In this document: piece after piece, positions 40,511 through 51,050 of the stretch | Layout: every line of letters begins with the position of its first letter | Position numbering within the stretch: the first letter of the stretch is position 1 | Assembly: GCA_963748215.1 (NCBI GenBank) | Contig: CAVVHS010000006.1 | Location: 416,001-480,000 of the forward strand | DNA length: 64,000 nucleotides | Direction of reading: 5' to 3' | Source of the DNA: an uncultured Gammaproteobacteria bacterium | GTDB taxonomy: Bacteria; Pseudomonadota; Gammaproteobacteria; UBA9214 | Position numbers and translations under genes: made by a program | The notes under the pieces: model-generated | Seen by the model: the letters and a program-made list of their open reading frames with translations, nothing else | Told to the model about the DNA's origin: nothing | Database searches by the model: none

Positions 40511-42124
40511 TTAGATCACACCATTCACAATCGGGTTGAATGCAGTCAGGCTGTCCATCAGTGTCGCGTTGCCCAGGCCGTGGCCGGGGAACAGCGTCGG
40601 GAAACTCGCGGCCTCACCGTGCAACGCCATGTAGTTGAGGATTACTGTTTCGACCAGCAGGTTGACCTGTAGCGCAGCGGGCGTGGCATTGGTCTCGACC
40701 GAGGCGTCGGGGCGCATCCAGCCGATTTGCTGGTGCATGGCCTGTTCGGCAGCCCCTGTACCCAGCAGGACGGGACGACTGCCGGGGTCGTAGACCAGAA
40801 AGAACGACGCCGCGGTGGATGAGTTGTCGCCGGTCCAGACGCCTTTACCGCCGGCGTTGCCATCCGTCATGCCGTTACTGAATACCGAACCGTCACTGAA
40901 TACATACACCATAAGCGGTACGCCATTGCCGTTGTTGGCACGGGCCGCATATTCCAGGCAGGCACCGATACAGCGTCCAGCGCGCAAATCACGTGCTTCG
41001 CCCGTGGCACGGTCACCGGTGTGGTAATCGAAGCCGCCCATGGTAACGGTACCGGCACCGGCAAAGCCGTTGACGACCATCTTCATGATTGAGGCGGTCT
41101 TGCGGAATTCGCTGTCATTATCGAATTCGTTTTGCGTAAAGATACCACTCGGACCGACAATATCCGGATCCTGTGCCGGGTCCAGCGAGGTAGGGTCACC
41201 GAAGCGATCGGCAATGTCTGCGGACTTCACGTAACCGCACTGCACCAGGTCCTTGATAACAGCGTCAGCGGTGACCTGGGTGTTGACGTTATCGAGTTTC
41301 TTCTTGCTGATGCGCTCAATGGATTCCATGACAGCCACGGCATCTGCCTGGCTCAGCACACCAATCAGGTCGCCGGTATCGACCATGCCGGTGACATCGC
41401 TTGGCCGGTCCACCTTGGTGGGTCGCAGGGTGGGGTCGACCATCATAGCCGGGGACATTGAATTACCGCCAGATTCCGAACTGCGCGAACCAATGAGGTC
41501 TACCACGCTGCCAAAGGCGCTGATTGTCGGGTTTGACAGTACATATTTGGCCAGACCATACATCGGGTTATGAGGATTGTTACCGGTATCGTTATCTGAA
41601 CGGGCCGGAATGATTGCACCGTTGATAGTGCCGGCGCGGGCAATTGCTTTCTCTGAAATGCCTTGCAACATGGCGCTGGTGGTGTGGAATGCGAGCCCGA
41701 AATCGGTATTGATGAAGCCGAGTCCCGTATTCGGGTCGATGGAAGCCGGTGTCATGTCACCTGGCAGACCGAGCTTGCTGTAACCCTGCGTGCTGAGGAA
41801 ATCCAGCTGCCCGCCCTGCTGACCTACCAGTACGTTGGAACCGGAGATATTGGCGCCACCTGCGAGGTCAAAGCAGATAAACGGGATCTTCCCTGCACCC
41901 AGCGTGCTGATCCCGCATGCCGACTTGAGGAGCTCAATATCTGAAGAAAGCGCAGCGGCAGCGCTACGTGGATTGGCAAACAGGCTGAACAGCGTCGGGC
42001 CTGTCAGCAGCCCCAGGCCTGCGGTCAGGCCCTGGCCAAGGAATTCACGACGGGTCCGTGGCCGGCCATGATCGTTCAGGCGTAGCGGCTCGTTGACATC
42101 GCGGAATTTACGGTTTCTGGCCAT
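40511..42124 (-). CDS. Tat-exported protein, DUF1501/DUF1552-like
   Basis: Twin-arginine TRREFLG leader, PFICFDLAGGAN, MGGFDYH, YVFSDG. Confidence 0.7.
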   Translation of the reverse strand: MARNRKFRDVNEPLRLNDHGRPRTRREFLGQGLTAGLGLLTGPTLFSLFANPRSAAAALSSDIELLKSACGISTLGAGKIPFICFDLAGGANISGSNVLVGQQGGQLDFLSTQGYSKLGLPGDMTPASIDPNTGLGFINTDFGLAFHTTSAMLQGISEKAIARAGTINGAIIPARSDNDTGNNPHNPMYGLAKYVLSNPTISAFGSVVDLIGSRSSESGGNSMSPAMMVDPTLRPTKVDRPSDVTGMVDTGDLIGVLSQADAVAVMESIERISKKKLDNVNTQVTADAVIKDLVQCGYVKSADIADRFGDPTSLDPAQDPDIVGPSGIFTQNEFDNDSEFRKTASIMKMVVNGFAGAGTVTMGGFDYHTGDRATGEARDLRAGRCIGACLEYAARANNGNGVPLMVYVFSDGSVFSNGMTDGNAGGKGVWTGDNSSTAASFFLVYDPGSRPVLLGTGAAEQAMHQQIGWMRPDASVETNATPAALQVNLLVETVILNYMALHGEAASFPTLFPGHGLGNATLMDSLTAFNPIVNGVI

Positions 42125-42142
42125 GGGGGTTTTCCTCGTGAT

Positions 42143-44683
42143 TTATTGGAGCAACATGGCAGCACTGCCAAGTATCGCGGCACAGGCTGCCTTGACGACT
42201 TCCTCGGTCCGTTGCGTGGTTGCGCAGGTCGGTGATGGACCCGACGCACACGCGGTGAGGCGCGTAATGAGGCTGTCAAGTTCACCTGTCACATCGGCTG
42301 TAGCGGGCTGATCTGTCAGATTCGTATTCATGACATTGTTCATCAGCGGTACGATGATCATGTCGCGCTTACCCGCAGTATTGAATGCGGTGTTCGCGGC
42401 CTCCGGTGGCAGACCTGGCAGGAAGAAGCCCGGGAAGTAGACATCACGACTGGTCATGCCGTTGTCCTCCACCAGTGCATTGCAGTACTCGATCGCCATT
42501 TGTGAGACTGCCATCTGGTGAGCGGACAGGAAGCCTTCGATGCTTTCCACGCTCGGCAGCTGCTGTTTGACGGTCAGGTATACACCCTCGACATCCGCCT
42601 GTTCCTTGCTGACTCTGGTGACCTCTGCCATGGTGGCGTTGATCTCGTCGAAGTTGCGCAGACCGATAACCGGGGCCGGCGGTAAATTCGGGGGTGAGGC
42701 CGGCGCGACTACGGGCGGTTCGCTGAAGGCATGAGTACTGCCACCAAGCTCCTCGAAGGTCAGGAAGAACTCGTCGAAGCTCGCACCTATTTGTAATGGA
42801 ATGACTGTCCCCATTTGCGACAGCGGTTGTCCCGTACCCGGCGTATACAGGGAGCTGCTGATGGTGGTATTGATGTTTGTATAGGCCTGCCCGACTGTCG
42901 CCTCGCTACCATTAATACCGATGCGCATACCGGTAAACGCGATACCATCCGGTATTACATTCGGATCCAGGCTGATGTAACGCGGACTGTTAAACAGGTA
43001 GCTGTAGCTGTCGAACTGGCTTACCTCAAACAGGATGTAGTCCTGAGGGTTGCCGCTGTGCGCACCCACGTTGAACAGCAGGAAGAATTTCTCGCCCACG
43101 CCCACGTTGAAGTTCTGGGTAATCGCCGCCTGATCCAGCGCACGGTTATGGATCGCGACGAAGCGAATCGTGCCGGCCCAGGGACGGTCATTGGAGACCT
43201 CGTTGCCCATTACAAAGGCAAAGCTGTTATCCCAGTCAACCAGTGTGCCGCCGGCAATCGGATCGATATCATCGGTGAAAATACCATTGACATAGATGCG
43301 ACGGCCGTTGGCCGGGTCGTAGGTGACGACCACGTGTTGCAGCGTCGCCTGCAGGTCTTCATCGGCATCCGCCGTCGACAGCGTTGGTTCGCCGTTCAGG
43401 TCGGTTGTTGTGCTCCGGTGCATGAAATCATAGTTGTACAGGCTTTGACCAAGCGTGAAGTTACGCTGCGCAGTGCCGGCGGAGTAGCTGACAATGCGTG
43501 CCGTGTTGTCCTGGCTAACATTGGCCGGCGCAACCCAGGCCTCGATGGTGTACTCACCGGTGGCAGTAATCATATTGTAGAGCTTCACACTGTCACCCGT
43601 CAGCGCCTGCGCCTTGCCATTGGTGAGGTCGATACCCCATCCGCCGACCCAGTCGTAGCCGCCACTCAGGTCAAGGTGCATGTCAGGCGATACGCCGCTG
43701 GTATCGAACACCCGCGTGCCGGAGCCGGTCTTGAATTCGTATTTTGCGATGACATTGTCCTCGATGCGGCTGCCGCCACTGGATACGATGCCGTCCATCG
43801 CAAGAATCATGGCCTTGCTGGTCACCGGGTGGGTGACCGCTGTGGTCTGTACCTGAGCGGCGAAGGCGGTGATGGCGTTCAACATCACGGTGGTCGATGC
43901 CTGACAATCCGAACTGCCGGTCGCATTCGGGTCCCAGCAATTATGGAATTCATCGCGCAGGCGGATGACGAAACGCGAATCCGACGGGTCGTTCAAATTG
44001 ATCTTCGCCTTGGCAGCCTCGTAGGCAGAATCAGGGTTACTGTCGGCAAAGAAAGGTGACTGGGCATTGGCGGCAGAGTCGACGTGACAGCCTGTACAGT
44101 TGGCCATCAGCACCGGGTGTACGGTGCTGGCGAAAAGTGCCGAGCTGCTCGGGAAATTCTTGAACGCGCCCGGGTTTTTCAACGGGCTCGGCGGGGTCAA
44201 TGTAATGACATTGCCGCCACTGGCCGCGCCGCCGGCCCAGGCCGTAATATAGGCAGTGATGATATCCGCACAGGCCTGTGCCTGTGCGCTACCCAGCCAG
44301 CAATTATGACCGCCCCCAACCTTGGTGACAAGTTCGGAATTGGCCGGTGTTTGCAGGTCAACGAGCGTGTTGGTCGCGGCGTAGGCCAGGTTGACGTCAT
44401 CCATACGCATGAACGGGATCGGTGCCTGTCCACCCACATCGTGGCAATCATTGCAGCGATTGGCCGGATTCAGATTGTCCCAGACATACAGTTTGAATGC
44501 CTGCACATCAGATGTCGCCGGGGCCGGACCGGTATATGTTGAGGTAATGCCGACGCCGCCGGTGTTCTGATTTTGCGCGGTGCTCTCACCGCCACCGCAG
44601 GCAGCCAGTCCGGCGCTCATCATGATGACGAGCGACAGTTGCAGGGTATGGATACGCAGGATTTTCAGAATTGAATATTTCAT
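42143..44683 (-). CDS. Lipoprotein with two c-type heme motifs and a LamG/concanavalin-like domain
   Basis: Lipobox LAAC, CNDCH and CTGCH each followed by HNCW, YTIEAWV..RIVS..HVVVTYD..IYVNG LamG pattern. Confidence 0.8.
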   Translation of the reverse strand: MKYSILKILRIHTLQLSLVIMMSAGLAACGGGESTAQNQNTGGVGITSTYTGPAPATSDVQAFKLYVWDNLNPANRCNDCHDVGGQAPIPFMRMDDVNLAYAATNTLVDLQTPANSELVTKVGGGHNCWLGSAQAQACADIITAYITAWAGGAASGGNVITLTPPSPLKNPGAFKNFPSSSALFASTVHPVLMANCTGCHVDSAANAQSPFFADSNPDSAYEAAKAKINLNDPSDSRFVIRLRDEFHNCWDPNATGSSDCQASTTVMLNAITAFAAQVQTTAVTHPVTSKAMILAMDGIVSSGGSRIEDNVIAKYEFKTGSGTRVFDTSGVSPDMHLDLSGGYDWVGGWGIDLTNGKAQALTGDSVKLYNMITATGEYTIEAWVAPANVSQDNTARIVSYSAGTAQRNFTLGQSLYNYDFMHRSTTTDLNGEPTLSTADADEDLQATLQHVVVTYDPANGRRIYVNGIFTDDIDPIAGGTLVDWDNSFAFVMGNEVSNDRPWAGTIRFVAIHNRALDQAAITQNFNVGVGEKFFLLFNVGAHSGNPQDYILFEVSQFDSYSYLFNSPRYISLDPNVIPDGIAFTGMRIGINGSEATVGQAYTNINTTISSSLYTPGTGQPLSQMGTVIPLQIGASFDEFFLTFEELGGSTHAFSEPPVVAPASPPNLPPAPVIGLRNFDEINATMAEVTRVSKEQADVEGVYLTVKQQLPSVESIEGFLSAHQMAVSQMAIEYCNALVEDNGMTSRDVYFPGFFLPGLPPEAANTAFNTAGKRDMIIVPLMNNVMNTNLTDQPATADVTGELDSLITRLTACASGPSPTCATTQRTEEVVKAACAAILGSAAMLLQ

Positions 44684-44686
44684 GCC

Positions 44687-45886
44687 TTAGTTACCCATGC
44701 AGTAGATAGCGGTATCAGCGAACACCGTTTTCATGTTGTAGTTGCTCGCTATGAAGTTGTCCGTGATAGTGTCGACTTCGTTCCGGTCGGCAGTATTCCC
44801 CGGTTCACGCAGGCAGACGGTCTTGAATACTTTTTTCACCTGGCATGAAGCAAAGGCGCGACTGTTGGCAAGCTCGATGCCCAGTTCCTTGGCGCCACTA
44901 CCGCTGCCGGCCAGGTTCATGCCATTTGTATCCCAGCCCAGCAGGGAGTTCTGACCGTCACGCCAGTAGTTATCCCAGCGGTCATCCGGTGTCACGTAAC
45001 CATGCTTGAAAGTATCCGAATTAATAAAGTATTTAGGTTGCACGATGCCGGGCGTGTACTCGATGCTGCCGGAGTTCTCGTCGAAGTTGTAATAGGCGAA
45101 GGCCTGTGCCATCGGGTCCATCCCGCTGTGGCAACCGACGCAGGAGTTGAGGAAGAGGCGGCTATCGCCGCCAGGGCTGCGCGAGATATCCTGTCGAATA
45201 CGGTCGGTTGGTCGGCTGGTGTCTTTTACTTGCTCGAGATCGTTGCAGAGGTGGTTCAGAAGCGTGAATCGAAACATGGCCCGATTGGTGCCGGCTACAA
45301 AAAAGGCCTCGGCTGCGCCGCGCGTGGTCATGACGCCTGCTGTCGCATTTGAAGGTAAACCTGTGACGACCGACTGCACGTCCGGCACCAGCGCGGTCAT
45401 CAGATCATAACCGCCATCTTCAAGCTCCTGGTAGTGAGCATTACTGGTCGTCGAGTAGCCGGATATCGGCAGTGACGGGCTGCCGGTATAGATGATGTCT
45501 GCGGACAAGAGCTGGTTGAATGGCACGTTGTCGCGAATCATGCCAATGACCGTCGCGGTATAATCATTCAGCGGTACGAACACGTTTTGGTCACGGTTGG
45601 ACCACGGTGCTGCGAAATTCTTCAGCGTAACGTTATAAAACGCACTGTTGGCCATCGCCATGCCGGCTGCGCCAATAGCATCGTTACTGCCGATAGCGGC
45701 TTCCATGGCATCCAGCACGGTATTGCTCGGCGGCACACCTGCGATCCGGTCGTGGATACGCTTCGCCTGACGGCGTTCCAGGTCGCCGGCGGTCGCCGGA
45801 GATGCCATGGATAGCAGTGACCCCAGGCAAAGCGTTGCGATCAGGCTGCGTGTGAATAGTGTGAATGCCGTTCTTTGATAGCTCAT
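44687..45886 (-). CDS. Secreted protein with one c-type heme motif
   Basis: Signal peptide, RIHDRIAGVPP, AGVMTTR, CVGCH. Confidence 0.78.
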   Translation of the reverse strand: MSYQRTAFTLFTRSLIATLCLGSLLSMASPATAGDLERRQAKRIHDRIAGVPPSNTVLDAMEAAIGSNDAIGAAGMAMANSAFYNVTLKNFAAPWSNRDQNVFVPLNDYTATVIGMIRDNVPFNQLLSADIIYTGSPSLPISGYSTTSNAHYQELEDGGYDLMTALVPDVQSVVTGLPSNATAGVMTTRGAAEAFFVAGTNRAMFRFTLLNHLCNDLEQVKDTSRPTDRIRQDISRSPGGDSRLFLNSCVGCHSGMDPMAQAFAYYNFDENSGSIEYTPGIVQPKYFINSDTFKHGYVTPDDRWDNYWRDGQNSLLGWDTNGMNLAGSGSGAKELGIELANSRAFASCQVKKVFKTVCLREPGNTADRNEVDTITDNFIASNYNMKTVFADTAIYCMGN

Positions 45887-46024
45887 CCGTCTCGCCCCGG
45901 TATTACTGCATTAACTTTCAGCCTTCGGCCGCGTAGATAAATCCTGAGCGTTGCGGAGCACATTTTCTGTGACGCAAGTCTCGTAATTACATGCCTGCTC
46001 GATAATCGAGAGAAATACCCTGAG

Positions 46025-46053
46025 TTGTGACCAGAACGGGACGCAGGTCACAA
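46025..46053. promoter_or_regulatory. Perfect 8-bp inverted repeat in divergent promoter (candidate operator)
   Basis: TTGTGACC-N13-GGTCACAA between oppositely transcribed arms of the locus. Confidence 0.45.
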
Positions 46054-46206
46054 TTAACTGCACAAAATCACTACAAAATTTCGTATGTACCGCTGATTTC
46101 TACGGTGTGCAGAATGGTTCGGCCAGTCGTGGCCCGCGTCACTGCCCTTGTTTACATGAAATTCGACACGTTCCTTAAGGTTTGCCGGACGGAGAGCCGA
46201 TCACAC

Positions 46207-48826
46207 ATGAATATGAAAATACACACTCTGACACGTTATCTCCGTTACCCGGATAACAAAGCAGGCATTGCCTTTGTTATGACCCTGCTGCTGGCAGCCT
46301 GCGGCGGTGGCGGGAGCCAGGACCCGGACCCGCTGGTCGAGGACTTTGGTATCGCCTTCGTTATGCGGCCGCTGGAATTCAATATGGCCGGCAACTTCGT
46401 GCAGCCTGATATCCGCGAGATCGAGGGTTTCACATCCGGGGGTGATCTCTACTACCGTGACCTGGCGTCCCCCAGCGCTTCGACCCGCAACATCACCGGT
46501 GCACTGACCGGTGGTATGGGTGATGTCAAGGACGTGGAGGTTTCCTACGATGGCACCAAGCTGCTGTTCTCGCTGCGTCTGGACGATATCCCGAATGTCA
46601 TGCGTGATCAGCAGAACAAGTGGGATCTTTATGAGTATGACATCGTAGCTGATACGCTGACGCGTCTGACAACGGCAAATACCTCCCTGCTTGGTGACGA
46701 TGTCGCACCTCATTACCTGCCGGACGGCAGGATCATCTTTTCCTCAAATCGCCAGCGCCAGTTCCGTGCAACGCTGACTGACGAGAGCAAGGGTACCGGA
46801 CCATTCTATGCGCTTGATGAAAACCGCAATGAGCACGCCATGATGTTGCATATCATGAACGCTGACGGCAGCAATATCAGACAGATTTCTTCGAACCCGA
46901 GCCACGACCTGGATGCGATTGTTCTCGAGAGCCAGAACAATCCACAGGAGTCAGGCAAGGTAGTATTCAGCCGCTGGGACAACATGGGCGGTCGTGAACA
47001 GATCAGCCTGTACATGATGAATCCGGATGGAACCGACCTGCAACCATTGTATGGTGCGCACAGCCACGACACCGGTACCAATGGTTCCACGGTGCAGTTC
47101 CTGCAACCGCGAGAGATGCCGGATGGCCGGCTGATGACCGTGATGCTTCCCTTTGCGAATTCCAGTCGTGGCGGCGACCTGGTGCTGATCGATACCCAGA
47201 ATTATATCGACAATACCTTCCCGACCGCAGTCAATGCCGGTGTGCTGTTCGGTCCGGCACAGACGCCGGCGACAACCAATATCATTCATACCGACAACAC
47301 CATTTCACCGGGTGGCCGTTTCATGTCGGCCTGGCCGTTGCTCGACGGGACCAACCGTGCACTGGTCAGCTGGAGTGCCTGCAGGCTGGTCGAGAATACC
47401 CAGATCGTGCCCTGTACTCCGGCACGGCTTGCCGATCCGGCGGCTGTGGAGGCCGATCCGATCTACGGCATCTACATCCATGACATGGACAACAGTACGC
47501 AGATCCCGATCGTGGTGCCGCAGGAAGGCATTCTGTTCACCGACGTGATTGCGGTTGCCCCGCGCACGGTCCCCAACTTTATCCGGGACAGGGTTCCGGG
47601 TGTTGATCTCGATCTTGCGGCAGCAGGAGAAGATGTCGGCATCCTCAATATTCGCAGTGTCTATGACATCGATGGCGTCGACACTGCGATCCCGGATATC
47701 CCTACACTTGCAGACCCGGGACTGACAACATCAGCAGATTTGCGACCCGCCCGCTTCCTGCGCATCGTCAAGAGTGTCGGTATTCCGGATAACGACACCA
47801 AGCAGATCCCCGGCACGGCCTTCGGCGCGAGTGCGCAGCAGTTAATGCGCGAGATCGTCGGTTATGTGCCGGTTCAGCCTGACGGTTCGGTACGCACCTA
47901 TGTACCGGCCAATGTCCCGTTGGCCATCAGTGTGGTCGATCGTGACGGTCGGCGTCTTCCGACCTCGCCCCGGCACCAGAGCTGGTTACAGCTCAAGCCC
48001 GGTGAGGAAGTCACCTGTAACGGCTGTCATGATCACACCAGCGGTACACCACATGGCCATCCGGAAGCCCCGCTGTCGGCCTATGCCGGTGCACCTGCCC
48101 TTGGCGAATTTCCGAACACCAACAATCCGCCCTACTTCGCCAACTTTGGCGAGACCATGGCCGAGACCCTGACGCGTGTCGATCCGAACGCATTGCGACC
48201 GTCGATGGACCTGGCCTATGTTGATCTCTGGACCGACCCGGCCAAAGCCCTGCGTGCGGCGGACCTCAGCTACTCACTCAGCTATGCTGCCCTGACTACG
48301 CCGGCACCAAACACGGCCGCCTGCGAGCAGTCACCGCCGCCTGCGTGGACCAGCCTGTGTCGCGCGGTCATCCACTACGAGACCCATATCCACCCGTTGT
48401 GGAGCGTCGACCGCGGTGTCGAATACCTGCACCAACTGTCACACAACCGCCAACAATACGATGGTGCCCGCCGGCCAGCGTCAGATCGACCTGACCAATG
48501 GACCTGACGCGCAGGTCCCGGAGCACTTCAAGGCCTACCGCGAACTCCTGTTCTCGGACAACGAGCAGGAACTTGTTGGCAACGTCTTGCAGGACCGGTT
48601 GGTGCCCGGCCCGATTGATCCGATCACCGGCCTGCCGACCATGGTGCCGGTCCCCATTAACCCTCCCATGTCCGCTGCCGGCGCCCGTGCCAGCAATGCG
48701 TTTTTCGCGCCTTTTGACGCGGGTGGCGCACACGTCGGATTTTTGACTCCTGAAGAATTACGGCTACTGGCCGAATGGCTGGATATCGGTGCGCAGTATT
48801 ACAACGATCCATCAATCGTCCCGTAG
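46207..48826 (+). CDS. Beta-propeller (PD40/TolB-like) lipoprotein with hydrazine-synthase-alpha-like middle domain and two heme-c motifs, split by a +1 frameshift near 48420
   Basis: Lipobox LAAC, VSYDGTKLLFS, PHYLPDGRIIFSSNR, GYVPVQPDGSV..VPANVPL..SVVD, PGEEVTCNGCH; second ORF continues NTCTNCH...AEWLDIGAQYYN. Confidence 0.8.
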
Positions 48827-48865
48827 CAGTAACTGCGCCGTAACTTTTAAAAAGTTGATTGATTT

Positions 48866-49639
48866 GTGACGACTCATGCCGTTTGCAACGCATTCAGGGT
48901 GCGCTTCATTGTCCTCGTGGCATGCATGCTGCAGTGCCTGGTCACCACGGTGGCGCAGGCCGGGGAGCACTATTTCTCGGTGCGTATCGCCGAGCCTTAT
49001 ATCGAGCTGCATACCGGACCAGGACGCGGTTACCCGGTGTTTCACGTGGTGGACCGGGGTGAACTGGTCGAGGTCATCAAACGACGCACTGACTGGTTCC
49101 TGTTGCGCACGGCAAAAGGCAGGGAGGGTTGGGCAAAACGTTCCGCGATGGAACTGACGCTGACGCCGGAGGGTGAGGCGACCGCGTTTGCCGAAGCTGG
49201 CTTTGGCGATTTCTCGCGGCGCCGCTGGGAGGTCGGCGTGATGGCCGGTGATTTCGAAGGCGCCGATCTCATCACAACCTATGCCGGCTACATGGTGACG
49301 CAGAACCTGTCGGCGGAAGTGCAACTGTCGCAGGCCTTCGGGAATTTTTCAGATGCGCTGATTGGCAGCATCAACCTGCTGGCACAACCATTTCCGGAAT
49401 GGCGGGTGTCGCCCTACTTCCTGCTCGGTACGGGTGCGATCTATACCGATCCGAACGTGACACTGGTGAACGAGGAAGACCGGTTTGAACAGATTACCAA
49501 TGTCGGGGTCGGCCTGCGCGGATATATCACGCGGCGCTTTATTGTCAGGGCCGAGTATCAGAACCACGTCATTCTGCAAAACACGAATGACAATCAGGAG
49601 ATAAACGAATGGAAAGCAGGGGTTGCATTTTTCTTCTGA
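48866..49639 (+). CDS. SH3-like domain plus outer-membrane beta-barrel protein
   Basis: IELHTGPGRGYPVFHV..GE.V..RRTDW..GREGW bacterial SH3 pattern; alternating beta strands; ends AFFF. Confidence 0.8.
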   Translation: MTTHAVCNAFRVRFIVLVACMLQCLVTTVAQAGEHYFSVRIAEPYIELHTGPGRGYPVFHVVDRGELVEVIKRRTDWFLLRTAKGREGWAKRSAMELTLTPEGEATAFAEAGFGDFSRRRWEVGVMAGDFEGADLITTYAGYMVTQNLSAEVQLSQAFGNFSDALIGSINLLAQPFPEWRVSPYFLLGTGAIYTDPNVTLVNEEDRFEQITNVGVGLRGYITRRFIVRAEYQNHVILQNTNDNQEINEWKAGVAFFF

Positions 49640-50283
49640 GGTCGGTGGCACTGCTGGCGCTGCTGGGAATGACCTGCGGCTGTTCCCTGCTGCGCACTGC
49701 CGAGGAGCCGGAGGTATTCAGCGAGTCCGAGCCCGTGATCAAGCCGGATATCGAACGTCGGACGATAACCGAAGCGGATATCGACAGCGAGGATTTCGAG
49801 GTCGGGGCGTTTGTGGGCGTGATGAGTATCGAGGACTTCGGCAGCAACGTGGTGTATGGCGTAAGGGCGGCCTACCACACCACCGAGGACTTCTTTTTCG
49901 AGGTCGGTGTCGGTGCTACCGAAGCTGGCAAGACGAGTTACGAGACCCTGAGCGGTGGCGCGCAGTTACTGACCGACAGCCAGCGTAAACTTTATTACTA
50001 CAATATCTCACTCGGGTACAACATCCTGCCGGGCGAGGGTTTTATTGGCAGCCGCTATGCCTTCAACAGCGCCCTCTACCTGATAGCCGGAGCCGGAAAT
50101 ACCGAGTTTGCCGATGACAGCCATTTCACATTCAACGTTGGTGCAGGCTATCGCCTCCTTTTTAACGACTGGATCGACCTGCATGTGGATTTCAAGGACC
50201 ATATTTTCGAGTCGGACCTGCTTGGTACCAACAAGTATACCCACAATCTGGAAGGGACTATTGGACTGTCCGTGTTCTTTTAA
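49609..50283 (+). CDS. Outer-membrane beta-barrel protein (Myxococcus GltA/GltB-like family), possible lipoprotein
   Basis: IDSEDFEVG..SIEDFG, GYNILPGEGF, terminal aromatic SVFF. Confidence 0.78.
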   Translation: MESRGCIFLLRSVALLALLGMTCGCSLLRTAEEPEVFSESEPVIKPDIERRTITEADIDSEDFEVGAFVGVMSIEDFGSNVVYGVRAAYHTTEDFFFEVGVGATEAGKTSYETLSGGAQLLTDSQRKLYYYNISLGYNILPGEGFIGSRYAFNSALYLIAGAGNTEFADDSHFTFNVGAGYRLLFNDWIDLHVDFKDHIFESDLLGTNKYTHNLEGTIGLSVFF

Positions 50284-50293
50284 GGAGCCTGCT

Positions 50294-50800
50294 ATGCGAT
50301 ACACACAATCCCGTTACATCAGACACACACTGGCAAGCCTGCTCGTCCTGTTCGCAACGACGGTTGCAGCAGGTGTAGCCCAGGCACCGGCGCCGGATTT
50401 CACTTTGAAGAGTGCCGATGGCGAAAACCTCCGTCTCAGTGAACTGCGTGGCGATGTCGTGATGATAAATTTCTGGGCGTCCTGGTGCGGCCCATGTCGA
50501 CAGGAGATGCCGATACTGAGTGAATTGCATGACAAGTACAAGGCGATGGGCTTTACCGTGCTGGGTGTGAATGTCGAAGAAGATTCTTCCAAGGCAAAAA
50601 AACTGTTGAAAGAAATGCCGGTCAGTTTCCCGATACTGTTTGATAACGAGAGCGTCGTAAGCAAGCAGTACGACGTGGTGGCCATGCCCAGCACGGTACT
50701 GGTCGACCGCGACGGCAAGATGCGTTTCCTGCATAAAGGTTACAAGCCGGGTGAGGAAGAAATCTACCTGGAAATGGTCCGAAACCTGATCAGGGAATAA
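50294..50800 (+). CDS. TlpA-family periplasmic disulfide reductase
   Basis: RBS AAGGAG, signal peptide, APDFTL, NFWASWCGPCRQEMP, AMPST. Confidence 0.92.
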   Translation: MRYTQSRYIRHTLASLLVLFATTVAAGVAQAPAPDFTLKSADGENLRLSELRGDVVMINFWASWCGPCRQEMPILSELHDKYKAMGFTVLGVNVEEDSSKAKKLLKEMPVSFPILFDNESVVSKQYDVVAMPSTVLVDRDGKMRFLHKGYKPGEEEIYLEMVRNLIRE

Positions 50801-50808
50801 TCCTCAAT

Positions 50809-51033
50809 ATGAGACATGCTTACTGCCTGATCATACTGCTCGCCGGCCTGCTGGCTGGCTGCAGCTCTATTGAGCCCTGGGTGAAACCCTATGAACGTGC
50901 GCACCTTGCTGACCCGATCATGAGCTTCAGCCCGGACCCTGTGTCATCTGCATATATCAATCATGTCTACCAGGCCCGTGAAGGCGCGCGTGGCGCCGAG
51001 GGTGGCAGTGGTGGTGGTTGTGGCTGTAACTAG
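50809..51033 (+). CDS. DUF4266 family lipoprotein
   Basis: Lipobox LAGC, VKPYER..LADPIM, REGARGAEGGSGGGCGCN C-terminus. Confidence 0.88.
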   Translation: MRHAYCLIILLAGLLAGCSSIEPWVKPYERAHLADPIMSFSPDPVSSAYINHVYQAREGARGAEGGSGGGCGCN

Positions 51034-51050
51034 GAAAGTCTGAATCAATC

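Noticed and set aside
48410-48425. Programmed ribosomal frameshifting at the split genes
   Set aside because: No slippery heptamer or homopolymer at any of the three sites, and one site is in a housekeeping fad gene
46207-48826. Evidence for anammox metabolism
   Set aside because: No hzsB/hzsC-like neighbours, gammaproteobacterial context, and only domain-level resemblance
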